Source: Burkholderiales bacterium (GTDB lineage Bacteria; Pseudomonadota; Gammaproteobacteria; Burkholderiales; Burkholderiaceae_F). From it: DNA of 64,000 bases. Numbering within the stretch: position 1 is the stretch's first letter; each line of letters opens with the position of its first letter. Both the position numbers and the translations under genes were made by a program. The notes below the pieces were generated by a model, which was not told the origin of the DNA, made no database searches, and saw only the letters and a program-made list of their open reading frames with translations. Below, one piece after another: positions 16,991-28,476 of the stretch. The stretch covers positions 2,058-66,057 of the forward strand of contig JBBISD010000002.1 of the NCBI GenBank assembly GCA_037441485.1, read 5' to 3'.

Positions 16991-18322
16991 ATGATGAGCA
17001 CCAGCATCGCCCAGACTTCGGACCTTCCGCCCCAACGGGGCGACCATATCGGCGCCGAGGGACATTCGGCGGTGCGGCCCAACGACATCGCCGTGGGCGT
17101 GGTGATCGGCCGCGTGTCCGAGTACTTCGACTACTTCGTGTACGGCATCGCCTCGGTGCTGGTGTTTCCCGCGGTCTTCTTCCCGTTCGAGACGCCGCTC
17201 GACGGCACGCTGTACGCGTTCGTCGTCTTCTCCTTCGCCTTCATCGCGCGGCCGATCGGCTCGTTCCTGTTCCTGGTGATCCAGCGCCGCTACGGGCGCG
17301 CCGCCAAGCTGATCCTGGCGCTGCTGCTGCTGGGCATCTCGACGGCGGGCATCTCTTTCCTGCCGGGCTACGACCACCTGGGCCTGCTGGCCATCGTCCT
17401 GCTGTCGGTGTTCCGCATCGGGCAGGGTGTCGCGCTGGGCGGTTCCTGGGACGGCCTGCCCTCGCTGCTGGCGCTGACCGCGCCGGCCAACCGGCGCGGC
17501 TGGTACGCGATGATGAGCCAGCTCGGCGCCCCGATCGGCTTCATCATGGCCAGCGGGCTGTTCGCCTTCCTGTATGCCAGCATCTCGCAGGAGGACTTCC
17601 TTTCCTGGGGCTGGCGCTATGCGTTCTTCGTCGCCTTCGCGATCAACGTGGTGGCGCTGTTCGCGCGCCTGCGCCTGGCCGTCACCAGCCAGTTCGAGCA
17701 GCTCTTCCGGGAGCGCGAGCTCATGCCGGCCGACAGCCGCGAATTCTTCCGCACCCAGGGCCACGTGGTGATCATCGGCGCGTTCGGCGCGCTGGCGAGC
17801 TACGCGCTGTTCCACCTGGTGACGGTGTTTCCGCTGTCGTGGATCCACCTATATTCGAAGCAGTCGATCAGCCAGTTCCTCGGCGTAGAGATCTTCGGCG
17901 CCTTGCTCGGCGCCGGCGGCATCGTCGCCTCGGGCCTGATCGCCGACCGCTACGGCCGGCGCCGCACGCTGGGCACGCTGGCCATCCTGATCGCCATCTT
18001 CAGCGGCTTTGCGCCCACGCTGCTCGATGGCGGCATCCTGGGTGAGGACGTGTTTCTGCTCGTGGGCTTCATCCTGTTGGGGCTCTCCTATGGCCAGTCG
18101 GCCGGGGCGATGAACGCCAGCTTCGAGGCGCGCTTCCGCTACACCGGTGCGGCGCTGACCAATGACCTGGCCTGGCTGGTCGGCGCGGGGTTTGCGCCGC
18201 TGGTCGCGCTGTTCCTGTCGGCGCATTTCGGGCTGGGCTACGTCAGCCTCTACCTGCTGTCGGGCGCGGGCTGCACGCTGGCCGCGCTGTGGATCAATCG
18301 CGCGATGAAGGTGCGCGACTGA
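16991..18322 (+). CDS. MFS transporter (metabolite:H+ symporter family), divergent from cyoA
   Basis: SEYFDYFVYG, ARPIG, QGVALGGSW, WGWRY, ADRYGRR. Confidence 0.9.
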   Translation: MMSTSIAQTSDLPPQRGDHIGAEGHSAVRPNDIAVGVVIGRVSEYFDYFVYGIASVLVFPAVFFPFETPLDGTLYAFVVFSFAFIARPIGSFLFLVIQRRYGRAAKLILALLLLGISTAGISFLPGYDHLGLLAIVLLSVFRIGQGVALGGSWDGLPSLLALTAPANRRGWYAMMSQLGAPIGFIMASGLFAFLYASISQEDFLSWGWRYAFFVAFAINVVALFARLRLAVTSQFEQLFRERELMPADSREFFRTQGHVVIIGAFGALASYALFHLVTVFPLSWIHLYSKQSISQFLGVEIFGALLGAGGIVASGLIADRYGRRRTLGTLAILIAIFSGFAPTLLDGGILGEDVFLLVGFILLGLSYGQSAGAMNASFEARFRYTGAALTNDLAWLVGAGFAPLVALFLSAHFGLGYVSLYLLSGAGCTLAALWINRAMKVRD

Positions 18323-18358
18323 TCCGCCGGTGCGCCGCCGCGGCGGCGCACCGGCGCC

Positions 18359-18832
18359 CTACTTGGAGGGCACCAGGCAGTCCCAGATGTCGAATTTCAC
18401 CGCCGTGTTCGGGCAGCGGGTCATGACGGCCGTGCGCGGCGGCTCGTTGCCGCCGGCGAACTCCACCTGGAAATCCCCGTGCGGTACGTTTTCCAGGTCG
18501 AAGGTGGAGTGCGCCGAGCAGTTCGGCAGCGTGGAGCCGACCGGCGCCGGGCTCAGGTCGTAGCGCAGCACGATCTTGCCGGGCTTGATCTCGAAGCGCG
18601 CGTTCAGCGGCTTCTGGCCGCAGAAGATAGGGTCGACGACGACCACGATGACCCGGTCCTCGGCCCGATACGGCAGCACCTTGTGCGTCGGCTCGCCGAA
18701 CTTCTCCGCGATCGGGATCGAATTGAAGGTCAGCTTGGTGTACGCGCCCAGCTCATCGGCACGCGCGGGATGGGCGGCAGCCACTGCCACGAGCAGACTC
18801 GAGGCGAGCAGGGTCCTGCAGGTCGTCGTCAT
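18359..18832 (-). CDS. Hypothetical exported protein
   Basis: Signal peptide ending PARA, GGAG SD, four Cys in the mature region. Confidence 0.7.
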   Translation of the reverse strand: MTTTCRTLLASSLLVAVAAAHPARADELGAYTKLTFNSIPIAEKFGEPTHKVLPYRAEDRVIVVVVDPIFCGQKPLNARFEIKPGKIVLRYDLSPAPVGSTLPNCSAHSTFDLENVPHGDFQVEFAGGNEPPRTAVMTRCPNTAVKFDIWDCLVPSK

Positions 18833-19106
18833 GGTGTTCTCCAGAGAGTTTTCTTGTTGTGAATCGCCCCCCGGCAACACCGGCGCCGCTGGGGCCGGGC
18901 GATCGGACAAGATTATGCGGGCGGCGGACCGGTGCGGCCTTGTTCCCTGTCAATGGCGCAGCGCGCCGCGGCCCACCAGGCCAGGGTGCCGCAACCTGCG
19001 CCAGCACTGCGAATCGACCTGTCCTGGACATAATCGCGGTGCCCACCTACGCTGGCGCGTCGGCCCACGCCGCCCGGACCGGCAGCCGCCCGGCGGGCGC
19101 GCGGCC

Positions 19107-20084
19107 TCAGGGCACGCCGTCGGTCGACACGGCGGTGACCTCGGCGGCCGACAGTGCCGGCGCGCTCGCCGGTGCGCGGCGCCCGAGCAGCGCGACGCCC
19201 AGCAGTACGAGCACGGTGCCGGCAAGCAGCGGCAGCGTGAACGGTTCCTGCAGCAGCCACACGGCCAGCAGCACGGTCGACAGCGGGCCGATCATGCCTA
19301 TTTGTGCCGTATGCGCGGCACCGATGAGTTCCATCGAACGCATCACCATCCAAATCGGCAGTACCGTGCACGCGGTCGCGTTGACCAGCGACAGTTCCCA
19401 GACCGCCGGGGTGAAGTCGAGCCAGGCATTCCAGGGGCGCAGCGCGCAGAACTGCAGTACGCAGAGCAGGCAGGCGACACCGGAGGCGAGCCCGATGAGG
19501 CGCATCGACCCATAGCGCCCCACGGTCTCGGCGCTTAGCACGAGATAGATGGCGTACGAGACCGCGCTGCCCAGCACCAGGGTGGTGCCCCACAGGACGC
19601 GCGCGCCCGGTTGCTGCAGCGAGACGCCCGCTTCATAGCCGAAGGCCAGCAGCACGCCGGCGTAGCTCACCGCCAGGGCCAGCGCCTGGCGGCGCGTGAC
19701 CGGTCGGCGTCCGCGCACGGCGGTGATCAGCACGACGATGGTCGGGTAGACGAAAAGGATCAGCCGCTCGAGCGATGCGCTGATGTACTGCAGGCCGGCG
19801 AAGTCGAGCTGGCTGGCCAGGTAATAGCCGCTGATGCCCAGCACGAGGATGCGGCCGCGCTCGGGCGGCGTGACCGCCGGCTGGCCGCGGCCGCCCCACC
19901 AGGCCATGGCGATGAAGAAGGGCCAGGCCAGCAGCATGCGCAGCGCCACGGCCGCCAGCGCGTCGATGCCGTGGCGGTACAGCAGCTTGGCGACGATGGC
20001 CTTGCCGGAGAAGGCGATCGCTCCGACCACCGCCAGGGCGATGCCTGCCGCCGGTACCCGGTGGTGCGCGTCCGCGGCCTTCAT
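19107..20084 (-). CDS. DMT/EamA family transporter
   Basis: About 10 TM segments, DFAGLQYISASLERLILFVYP, duplicated EamA architecture. Confidence 0.9.
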   Translation of the reverse strand: MKAADAHHRVPAAGIALAVVGAIAFSGKAIVAKLLYRHGIDALAAVALRMLLAWPFFIAMAWWGGRGQPAVTPPERGRILVLGISGYYLASQLDFAGLQYISASLERLILFVYPTIVVLITAVRGRRPVTRRQALALAVSYAGVLLAFGYEAGVSLQQPGARVLWGTTLVLGSAVSYAIYLVLSAETVGRYGSMRLIGLASGVACLLCVLQFCALRPWNAWLDFTPAVWELSLVNATACTVLPIWMVMRSMELIGAAHTAQIGMIGPLSTVLLAVWLLQEPFTLPLLAGTVLVLLGVALLGRRAPASAPALSAAEVTAVSTDGVP

Positions 20085-21148
20085 TGTCCGACCCCGCCCG
20101 CATCGGCGCTGCCGCTCACCATCTGCGACGACACCCAGAACACGTAATTCACCAGCAGCCCGGCGCTGAACACGAAGTCACGCCGCACCAGCGGGCTGTC
20201 CTCGAAGGCGGCGCCGCCGACACTGCCGAACTGCAGGAAGCCGGCCACGCGCAGCCGGTCGAAGCGGCGCGACGAGAATACCGTGGCCTCCCAGCCGCCA
20301 TAGCCGCCGGGTGCGTCGTATGCCGGCCGCGTCGCCGTGGCATTGCGCTGCGGCACCTGGTAGAAGTACTGGTGGTAGCTGCGGGTATTGAAGTAGGCAC
20401 CCAGGTCAGCATCGACGTTCCAGTCCTCGCCGAGCCAGCGGAACTTCTGCTTCCAGTTCACGTGCGGATAGGACACGTTGCCGACCTGCACGAAATGGCC
20501 GTTGGTCCAGGTGACGGAATGGCGCACCGGTACGTGCAGGTTCCATTCGTAGCGGCGCGAGCCTTCGTCGGCGTCGTCGCGCGCCAGGTGCACGCGCAGC
20601 TCCGGCCCGATCTCCAGGGTTGCCGGCAGGTCGGGCATGCCGCGCCGGGCATCGCTGTCATCGCTCGGTACCGGCGGCGTGCCGCCCAGCGAGATGTCGA
20701 ACTCGAAGCGTCCGCCCTGGGCGAACTGCGCGCGCACGCCATCGCGGTCGGCCTTGAAGATCTCGCCGCGATAGATCACGTAGGGCAGCGGCAGCACGTA
20801 GTTCTGCGTCTGGTCCGCGCCGGGATAGTTGGGAATGCTCACGGCGCCGATACCCAGGCCCAGTTCCCAAAGCGGCAGGTGCTTCTGGACGGGGGCGTCG
20901 TCGGCCGGCGCCGGCGCATCCTGGGCGACTGCCGGCCACGCCATCGCGGCCAGCAATGGCGCGAGCAGCCGCGCGAGCAGCCGCGCTAACCTCGGCGCAA
21001 GCCGCGATGAAAGCCGCGATGCATGCCGCGACGCGCGGTGCGCCTCGGGCAAAACAACGGCACAGCACGGCGCGCGGCGGGCCGCAGCCAGCATCATCAT
21101 GGTGGGGTTCGACAAGGGGAAAAGGCAACGGGCCATCGACTGCAGCAC
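20081..21148 (-). CDS. MipA/OmpV family outer-membrane protein; true start probably downstream of 21148
   Basis: PLWELGLG, PNYPGA, PYVIYRG, RRGMPDL, EIGP, YDAPGGYGG, SPLV; signal-like AWPAVA. Confidence 0.8.
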   Translation of the reverse strand: MLQSMARCLFPLSNPTMMMLAAARRAPCCAVVLPEAHRASRHASRLSSRLAPRLARLLARLLAPLLAAMAWPAVAQDAPAPADDAPVQKHLPLWELGLGIGAVSIPNYPGADQTQNYVLPLPYVIYRGEIFKADRDGVRAQFAQGGRFEFDISLGGTPPVPSDDSDARRGMPDLPATLEIGPELRVHLARDDADEGSRRYEWNLHVPVRHSVTWTNGHFVQVGNVSYPHVNWKQKFRWLGEDWNVDADLGAYFNTRSYHQYFYQVPQRNATATRPAYDAPGGYGGWEATVFSSRRFDRLRVAGFLQFGSVGGAAFEDSPLVRRDFVFSAGLLVNYVFWVSSQMVSGSADAGGVGQ

Positions 21149-21226
21149 GAAGCTTGCCAGTTGCGGCGCCGCGGCACAAGTCGGCGGGCGCCCGGCGCCG
21201 CTGCGCAGGGGCCTGCCCCGCGGCGC

Positions 21227-21976
21227 TCAGCGGCGCAGCGTCACCACGAGCACGTCGCGGTAGCCTGGTTCCCGCGCCTGCAGCGGCACGATCGGGGTCA
21301 CGCCATGGAACACGCGGCTGTCGTCGACCAGGGCGGTGTCCATCGGCGTGGCCAGCACGAACTGCCCCAGCGGCTGGCGGGCGAGGTCCAGGATGGTCGT
21401 GGTACCACTGGCGACGTTGTGCCGCCCCACCAGCAGCACCAGCACCCAGTCGACGCCATCGCGGTGCATGCCCTCGGGCGTCGGCAGGCCCGGCTGTCCG
21501 GCACGCGCCTCGACGCGGAACTGGTGCACTTCCGCATGCCAGGCGGCGGGCCGCGTTGCCGCCGGGGTGAGCGCATCGAAGATGTCCAGCGCCGTACGCA
21601 GGACCGCGTGCAGCGCGGGGTGCTCGCCGATGGCCGTGGTGATCGGCTGGAACCAGCGCTCCAGCCCGCCGTTGAGCGGGTTGTAGTCGCGGCTCTGGTA
21701 ATGCGGCTGGTGCGGCTTGCGCACGATCGCGCCGGCACCGAGCGCGAACGCCGCGTGCCGGCGGCGCCGGTAACGGCCGCCATCGGCCATGTAGCTGTCC
21801 AGCCCGAGGTCGTTCCAGCTGGCGGCGAATCCGTCCCAGTCCTGCAGTCCCGCGGCCGCCAGGCGCTGTTGCATCTGCGCGCCGGGAACGAACGCGAAGC
21901 CGCCGCGGGCCAGCGCCGCGGTCGCCTCCGCTGCAGCATCGGGCGCCGGTACCGGCACGGCGGATGGCCGGTTCAT
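21227..21976 (-). CDS. 2OG-Fe(II) dioxygenase (BsmA/isoleucine-dioxygenase-like family)
   Basis: YMADGGRYRRRR, PEGMHRDG (HxD), FHGVT (distal His), RDVLV (2OG-binding Arg). Confidence 0.85.
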   Translation of the reverse strand: MNRPSAVPVPAPDAAAEATAALARGGFAFVPGAQMQQRLAAAGLQDWDGFAASWNDLGLDSYMADGGRYRRRRHAAFALGAGAIVRKPHQPHYQSRDYNPLNGGLERWFQPITTAIGEHPALHAVLRTALDIFDALTPAATRPAAWHAEVHQFRVEARAGQPGLPTPEGMHRDGVDWVLVLLVGRHNVASGTTTILDLARQPLGQFVLATPMDTALVDDSRVFHGVTPIVPLQAREPGYRDVLVVTLRR

Positions 21977-23154
21977 ACGTCTGGCGCGCCGCGGTGCAGG
22001 TCGTGCGTCACGAACGGCTGTGCGTCGCCGGGCGTGTCGAGCCAATCGGGGTGGCGCAGCGTCGCGCGCAGGTCGGCGACGCCGCGCTGCCAGTGTTCGT
22101 CCATCGTCAGCAGGCTGAACTGGAAGTCCTTGGCGTAGTTTTCGTAGGGTTTGTCGCGGTAGATCAGGTGGATGACATTGCGGTGCGCGGTGCAGGCCAG
22201 CGCCTGGGCCCGGCGATACCAGTCGCCCTGGCGTGCGGACTCCGGCACGCGGGTGATCGCCTCGTGCAGCAGGCGCCGGCATTCCTGCTCCTCGGCCATC
22301 GTGGTCGTCACCATCCGCGTGCGGCTCGAATACTGGATGTCCTTCTGCCGTTCGGCCACCTGCAGCAGGTTCTTGGGCAGTTCGCCGCGGGCGCTCCACA
22401 GGTCGATCTGGAAGATCAGGGCGTCGCGCCGCGGCTGGGCGGTGAGCACCTGCTGCAGCGGCGTATTGGAGACCAGTCCGCCGTCCCAGTAGGACTCGCC
22501 GTCGATCAGGACCGCGGGAAAGCCCGGTGGCAGCGCCGCCGATGCCATGAAATGCTCCGGCCGCAGGCGCTGCTCGGTATTGTCGAAGTACACGAAGTTG
22601 CCGGTCCGCACGTTGACCGCCCCGACGCACACACGCATCGCCGTCACGTTGTTGATGCGCTCGAAATCGGCGAAGCGCTCGAGCGTGGCGTGCAGCGGAC
22701 GCGTGTCGTAGAAGCTGGCGGTTTGCGCATCGCCCGGCGTCCGGTTCAGCGCGTACCAGGGGCGCGGCACGAAGAAGCCGTTCTGTCCTTCGAGCAGCGC
22801 CCGCGTGGTCGCCAGCGAATCGACGAAGGTGCGCCAGGCCTCGGGCAGCGGCAGGGCGTCGCCGCCGGGCATCGACTGCAGCGGCGGCCACCAGGGCTGG
22901 CGGCAGATCGTCTCCCAGAAGGCGCGCAGCTGCGCCGCGCGGCGCTCGGGCGGGTTGCCCGCGATGACCGCGGCATTGAGGGCGCCGATCGAGATCCCGG
23001 CGACCCAGTTCGGGTGGATGCCGGCCTCGGCCAGGCCCTCGTAGACGCCCGCCTGGTACGAGCCGAGCGCGCCGCCGCCCTGCAGCACCAGGGCGACGAC
23101 CGGATAGGCGGCCGCGCGCTGCGCGAGGCGGCCGTTGTGGCTGGCCTGGGGCAC
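21973..23154 (-). CDS. Patatin-like phospholipase/esterase with a DUF3734-like C-terminus
   Basis: GGGALG, GISIG nucleophile elbow, WDGG, KDIQYSSRTR. Confidence 0.88.
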   Translation of the reverse strand: MPQASHNGRLAQRAAAYPVVALVLQGGGALGSYQAGVYEGLAEAGIHPNWVAGISIGALNAAVIAGNPPERRAAQLRAFWETICRQPWWPPLQSMPGGDALPLPEAWRTFVDSLATTRALLEGQNGFFVPRPWYALNRTPGDAQTASFYDTRPLHATLERFADFERINNVTAMRVCVGAVNVRTGNFVYFDNTEQRLRPEHFMASAALPPGFPAVLIDGESYWDGGLVSNTPLQQVLTAQPRRDALIFQIDLWSARGELPKNLLQVAERQKDIQYSSRTRMVTTTMAEEQECRRLLHEAITRVPESARQGDWYRRAQALACTAHRNVIHLIYRDKPYENYAKDFQFSLLTMDEHWQRGVADLRATLRHPDWLDTPGDAQPFVTHDLHRGAPDV

Positions 23155-23161
23155 GGCCGCG

Positions 23162-23944
23162 CTACTGCATGTACCAGCCGTGGCTGACCACGACCGACTG
23201 CCCGGTGAGGGCCGCCGAGGGGAACGCGCACAGGAACAGCGCGGTCTGCGCGACATCGTCGACCGTGGTGAAGATGCCGTCGACCGTGCCGCCCAGCATC
23301 ACCCGGCGCACCACCTCTTCTTCCGTGATGCCGAGTTCGCGCGCCTGCTCCGGGATCTGCTTGTCGACCAGCGGTGTGCGCACGAAGCCCGGGCAGATGA
23401 CGTGGGACCGCACCTGGTGGGCCGCCCCTTCCTTGGCCAGCACGCGCGCCAGTCCCAGCAGACCGTGCTTGGCGGTGACGTAGGCCGACTTCAGCGGCGA
23501 GGCCTCGTGCGAGTGCACCGAACCCATGTAGATGACCGTGCCGCCGCGATTGCCGGCGTACATGTGGCGCAGCGCCGCGCGGGTCGTGAGGAAAGCGCCG
23601 TCGACGTGGATTGCCATCATCTTCTTCCAGTCGGCGTACGAATAGTTCTCGATCGGGTTGACGATCTGGATGCCCGCATTGGAGACCAGGACGTCGAGGC
23701 CGCCGAACGCCTGGACCACGCGGTCCGTGCCGGCATTGACCGCCTCTTCGCTGGTGACGTCCATTGCCACGCCCATGGACTTGCCGCCGGCGGCGGCGAT
23801 GCCCGCGGCGACACCCTGCGCGGCGGCCAGGTTGAGGTCGGCAATGGCCACGGCGGCACCCTCGGCCGCCAGCAGTTCCGCGATGGCCTTGCCGATGCCG
23901 CTGGCCGCGCCGGTGACGATCGCCGATTTGCCCGTGAGTTTCAT
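23162..23944 (-). CDS. bdhA: D-3-hydroxybutyrate dehydrogenase (SDR)
   Basis: [48 protein letters not shown]. Confidence 0.92.
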   Translation of the reverse strand: MKLTGKSAIVTGAASGIGKAIAELLAAEGAAVAIADLNLAAAQGVAAGIAAAGGKSMGVAMDVTSEEAVNAGTDRVVQAFGGLDVLVSNAGIQIVNPIENYSYADWKKMMAIHVDGAFLTTRAALRHMYAGNRGGTVIYMGSVHSHEASPLKSAYVTAKHGLLGLARVLAKEGAAHQVRSHVICPGFVRTPLVDKQIPEQARELGITEEEVVRRVMLGGTVDGIFTTVDDVAQTALFLCAFPSAALTGQSVVVSHGWYMQ

Positions 23945-24002
23945 GGATATGCCCCCGATGACGAAACGGCCTCAACGATACGCCGGCCGGCGCCCGCCTG
24001 CC

Positions 24003-24805
24003 TCAGGGCGGCGGTAGTTCGCTGGCGTGCCAACCGCCGAGTACCGCGCGGCTCAGCAGGGCCATCGCCGCAAACAGCGCGACGCCGGTCGCCGAAATGA
24101 GCAGCAGTGCGGCGAACATCCGCGGGATGTTGAGCTGGAAGCCGGCCTGCATGATCTGGTAGGCCAGTCCGGCGCCGGCGCCGCCAGTGCCGGCGACGAA
24201 TTCCGCGACGACCGCACCGATCAGCGCCAGGCCGCTGGAAATGCGCAGGCCACCGAAGAAATACGGCAGCGCGCTGGGGATCCGCAGGCGCAGCAGCGTC
24301 TGCAGGCGGCTGGCGCCATGCAGGTGGAACAGGCTGAGCAAATCGGGGTCGACGCTGCGCAAGCCCAGCGTCGTGTTGGCGATCACGGGAAAGAGCGCGA
24401 CCAGCGCCGCGCAGATCACCATGGCAGCGGCCGGATCCTGCACCCAGACGATGATCAGCGGCGCGACGGCGACGATCGGGGTGACCTGCAACAGCACCGC
24501 GAACGGGAAGAACGCCGCCTCGACCAGGCGGCTCTGGACGAACGCAAACGAGATCAGCACGCCGGTGGCCGTTGCCAGCGCGAAGGCCAGCAGCGTGATG
24601 CGCACCGTTACCAGCAGCGCGGCGCCGAGCGCGCGCCAATCGGCCGCCAGCGTGCGCGCCACGAGCACCGGCGTCGGAACCAGGTAGGGCGGCAGGTCCA
24701 GGCCAGTGACCACGCCCTGCCACAAGGCGAGCGCCGCTATGCCCACGACGACGGGAAACGCGATGCGCCGTGCGGTGGCGCGCGCCGGCGCGCGGCCGCT
24801 GCCGA

Positions 24806-24809
<4 letters not shown>
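24003..24809 (-). CDS. NitT/TauT family ABC transporter permease
   Basis: LQVTPIVAVAPL, GASRLQTLLRLRIPSALP, GAVVAEF. Confidence 0.9.
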
Positions 24810-25629
<820 letters not shown>

Positions 25630-25633
<4 letters not shown>

Positions 25634-26679
25634 GGAAGGATCTTGAGATCCCGGACGAATTCCGTCGTGTACGTGCTGGCCAGGTCGACCGCGGCCGGAT
25701 CGACCAGGTGCGCCGAGACGAGGAAGTCGAAGCTGGCGCGGATGCGCGCATCGGTGAGGATGCCGATTCCCAGGCGCGCCGCGTCGCCCGAGGTCACCAG
25801 ACCGGTCTCGCGGATGCGGCGCACGCTGTACGCGAGCTGGGCGTCGCTCATGTCCGGGTTCTCGCGCCGGATCAGCGCATTGCCGGCGGTCGGGTCTGCC
25901 AGGTAATGCTTCCAGCCCAGGGCCGAGGCGCGAACGAAGGCGGCCACGGCCGCGCGGCGCCGCTGCAGGGTATTTGCCATGCACACGATGGTGGTCGAAT
26001 AGGCCGGGTAGCCGTAGTCGCTGAGCAGGAAGGCGTGCGATTTCACGCCGGCCTGCTCCAGCGCGTACGGCTCGGACGTGATGTAGCCCTGCTGGACGAG
26101 CGAGTGGTCGGCAACGAAAGGCTGCACGTTGAACGTGTAGGGACGGGCCTGCGCGTCGGTGAAGCCGTAGCGTTCCTTGAGCCACGGCCAGAAATTCTGG
26201 TACGACGCCGGCGCCAGCAGGATCGTGTGCCCGCGCATGTCCTCCAGGCGCCGGATGTCCTCGTGGCCGATCAGGGCGTCCGGGTCCTTCTGGAACATGG
26301 CCGCCACGGTCACCAGCGGCACGCCGTTGGCGCGTGCCAGCACCACCTGCAGGTCGCTCGACCCCATGATGCAGTCGGCCTGGCCGGCGGCCAGCAGCTG
26401 CACGATATTGACCTGGGCGCCGCCCATGCGGATGCCGACGTCCAGCCCCGCCTGGCGATACAGGCCCTCGGCCAGCGCCTGGTAGAAGCCGCCGTGCTCG
26501 GCCTCGGCGTACCAGTTGGTCATGAACATGAAGGGCTCGGCGCCGTGCGCCGCGGCCATGCCGGCAAGCCCGGCGGCCAGCGCCAGCAGCCGGCCGCGGA
26601 CGCCCGCGCGCCGCCGCACCGACCACGGACGCAACCGGGCGAAGCGCCGCATGCGCGGCGTCATGGGTATCGCGATCAT
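25630..26679 (-). CDS. ABC substrate-binding protein (NMT1/THI5-like)
   Basis: TNWYAEAEHGGFYQA, QQGYITSEP; signal peptide. Confidence 0.88.
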
Positions 26680-26734
26680 CGTGGGTCGCCTTCCGCAAGC
26701 CTGCGGCCGCTGTCGCGCGGCCGCCAGGCTGCCG

Positions 26735-27838
26735 TCAGCGCGCCGCTTTCAGCGTCGATTGTCGCCGGTGTTCCGCGACCGAGACAATCCGCCGCGCATG
26801 GGTATCCCACAGTATGCAACGCAGGGCCGCCGGTACCTGCGCAAGGCGGATGCGCGTGACGGTCGTGAAACGTTCGGCCAGCGCATCGTGGCATTCGACG
26901 AGGCGGTAGTTGGGAATGCGGGCGCACAGGTGATGCACGTGGTGATAGGCAATGTCGGCGGTGAACCAGTTGAGCCAGCCGGGCAGCACCAGCAGGCTGG
27001 TGCCGTCGACGGCGGCGCGTATCGGGTCCCAGCCGGCGTCGGCACTGGCGTAGGAATTCTCGAAGTTGTGCTGCACGGTGAACAGGATGATGGCCATGCC
27101 GCCGGCCAGGCCCAGGCTGGCGAGATAGCAGGACAGGAAGAGCCCGGGGCCGGCCAGCGTGCTGCCCAGTGCCAGCAGGCCGAGCAGCGCGACGTTGTTC
27201 CAGAACATGTGGGCGTAGTTCTGCAGCGACGCGCAGCATGGCGCCCGAAACGCCCCGGCCGCGCCGCCGTCGGGCGCGGCATTGGCGCGGCAGCGGTGGC
27301 GGACCAGCGCGGCGGTGGCGCGCACGAAGTTGATGCGCGGCCAGGCAAACAGGTAGAGCAGGCCGCCCAGGGGCGCCAGCCAGATATTGCGCAGCAGCCG
27401 GTAGCGCCGCTGCTGGCCGCGGTCCAGCGCGTCATAGTCGTCGACGCCGATGATGTTCAGCGGACCCCGATAGCGTTGCCAATTGCCGTTGGTGGCGTGG
27501 TGGTACTGGTGATTCTGCGACCACACGAACTGCGGTATCGCCGCCAGCACGCCGAAGGCGAAGCCGCAGCGCCGGTTCAGCGCGGGCGAAAGAAACAGGC
27601 TGCCGTGGCCGCAGTCGTGCATCAGCACGAATACCCGCAGCAGGAACAGCGCCAGCAGCACCGTCGCCGCGAGCGTGAGCGCGGCGTGGTCGCCGCCGTC
27701 GCCGATGATGAGCGCCCACAGCCCGGCGATCGGCAGCAGCGTGGTCATGGTCTGCAATGCGGCGCGCCCGTCGTCGGCGCGCGCATGGCGCTCGACGATC
27801 GCCCGCCGGTCGCGGGCGAGCCCGGCTACCGCGGGCAT
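26735..27838 (-). CDS. Membrane fatty acid desaturase
   Basis: His boxes HDCGH, HQYHH, HHVHH. Confidence 0.9.
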   Translation of the reverse strand: MPAVAGLARDRRAIVERHARADDGRAALQTMTTLLPIAGLWALIIGDGGDHAALTLAATVLLALFLLRVFVLMHDCGHGSLFLSPALNRRCGFAFGVLAAIPQFVWSQNHQYHHATNGNWQRYRGPLNIIGVDDYDALDRGQQRRYRLLRNIWLAPLGGLLYLFAWPRINFVRATAALVRHRCRANAAPDGGAAGAFRAPCCASLQNYAHMFWNNVALLGLLALGSTLAGPGLFLSCYLASLGLAGGMAIILFTVQHNFENSYASADAGWDPIRAAVDGTSLLVLPGWLNWFTADIAYHHVHHLCARIPNYRLVECHDALAERFTTVTRIRLAQVPAALRCILWDTHARRIVSVAEHRRQSTLKAAR

Positions 27839-27860
27839 GCCGGCCAGCGCCGTTGCGGCC

Positions 27861-28265
27861 TCACGCCGCCGGGTCCCGCGGCGCTTCGGCGCCCTGGAAC
27901 TGGCGCCAGATCCAGCGTTCGCCCTGGCGCTGGATGACGCCGCCGAGGCGATACGGCTGGCGCCGCTCGCGCTCGTCCTCGGTCAGCACGACGGTGCCGT
28001 CGGCGATGAACCACGCGATGTCGCCGTGCCCCGACGCGCGCAGGTCGTGCCAGTGCCACGCGGCGCTGCCGGGCTGGGCGAACGCCTTCTGCAGCAGTGC
28101 GCGGATCTGCGCCGCGCCCTCGGCGATTTCGCCCGTCGCGGCGTTCACCATCACCGCGTCGTTGGCGAAGTCGGCCATGATGGCCAGGTCCTTGCGCGCG
28201 ACCCGCTCGCTCCAGCGGGCCAGCAGCGCCTCGATATCGTTTTCCACCGTACCGCGTGCAGCCAT
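27861..28265 (-). CDS. SnoaL/NTF2-like family protein
   Basis: Short alpha+beta pattern: DLAIMADFANDA, EGAAQIRA, GDIAWF, RWIWRQFQGAE. Confidence 0.7.
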   Translation of the reverse strand: MAARGTVENDIEALLARWSERVARKDLAIMADFANDAVMVNAATGEIAEGAAQIRALLQKAFAQPGSAAWHWHDLRASGHGDIAWFIADGTVVLTEDERERRQPYRLGGVIQRQGERWIWRQFQGAEAPRDPAA

Positions 28266-28476
28266 CGCCTCGACTTTCCGTGGGCGACCAAGTCGCCGAA
28301 TCCAGCCTACCACTCTAGCAGCATGGCGGGTGCGCCGCTCGGCCGATTGGCGCATCGGGTATCGCCGGTGCCCGTCGCAATGGCCGGCCCGCGGCGGGCA
28401 CGGCGTTCATGTTGCGGTGCGTATAATTCGCGCTCCGCCCCGCAGGGCCCTTGCCGGGGCCGTCGCCGCGCCCACC

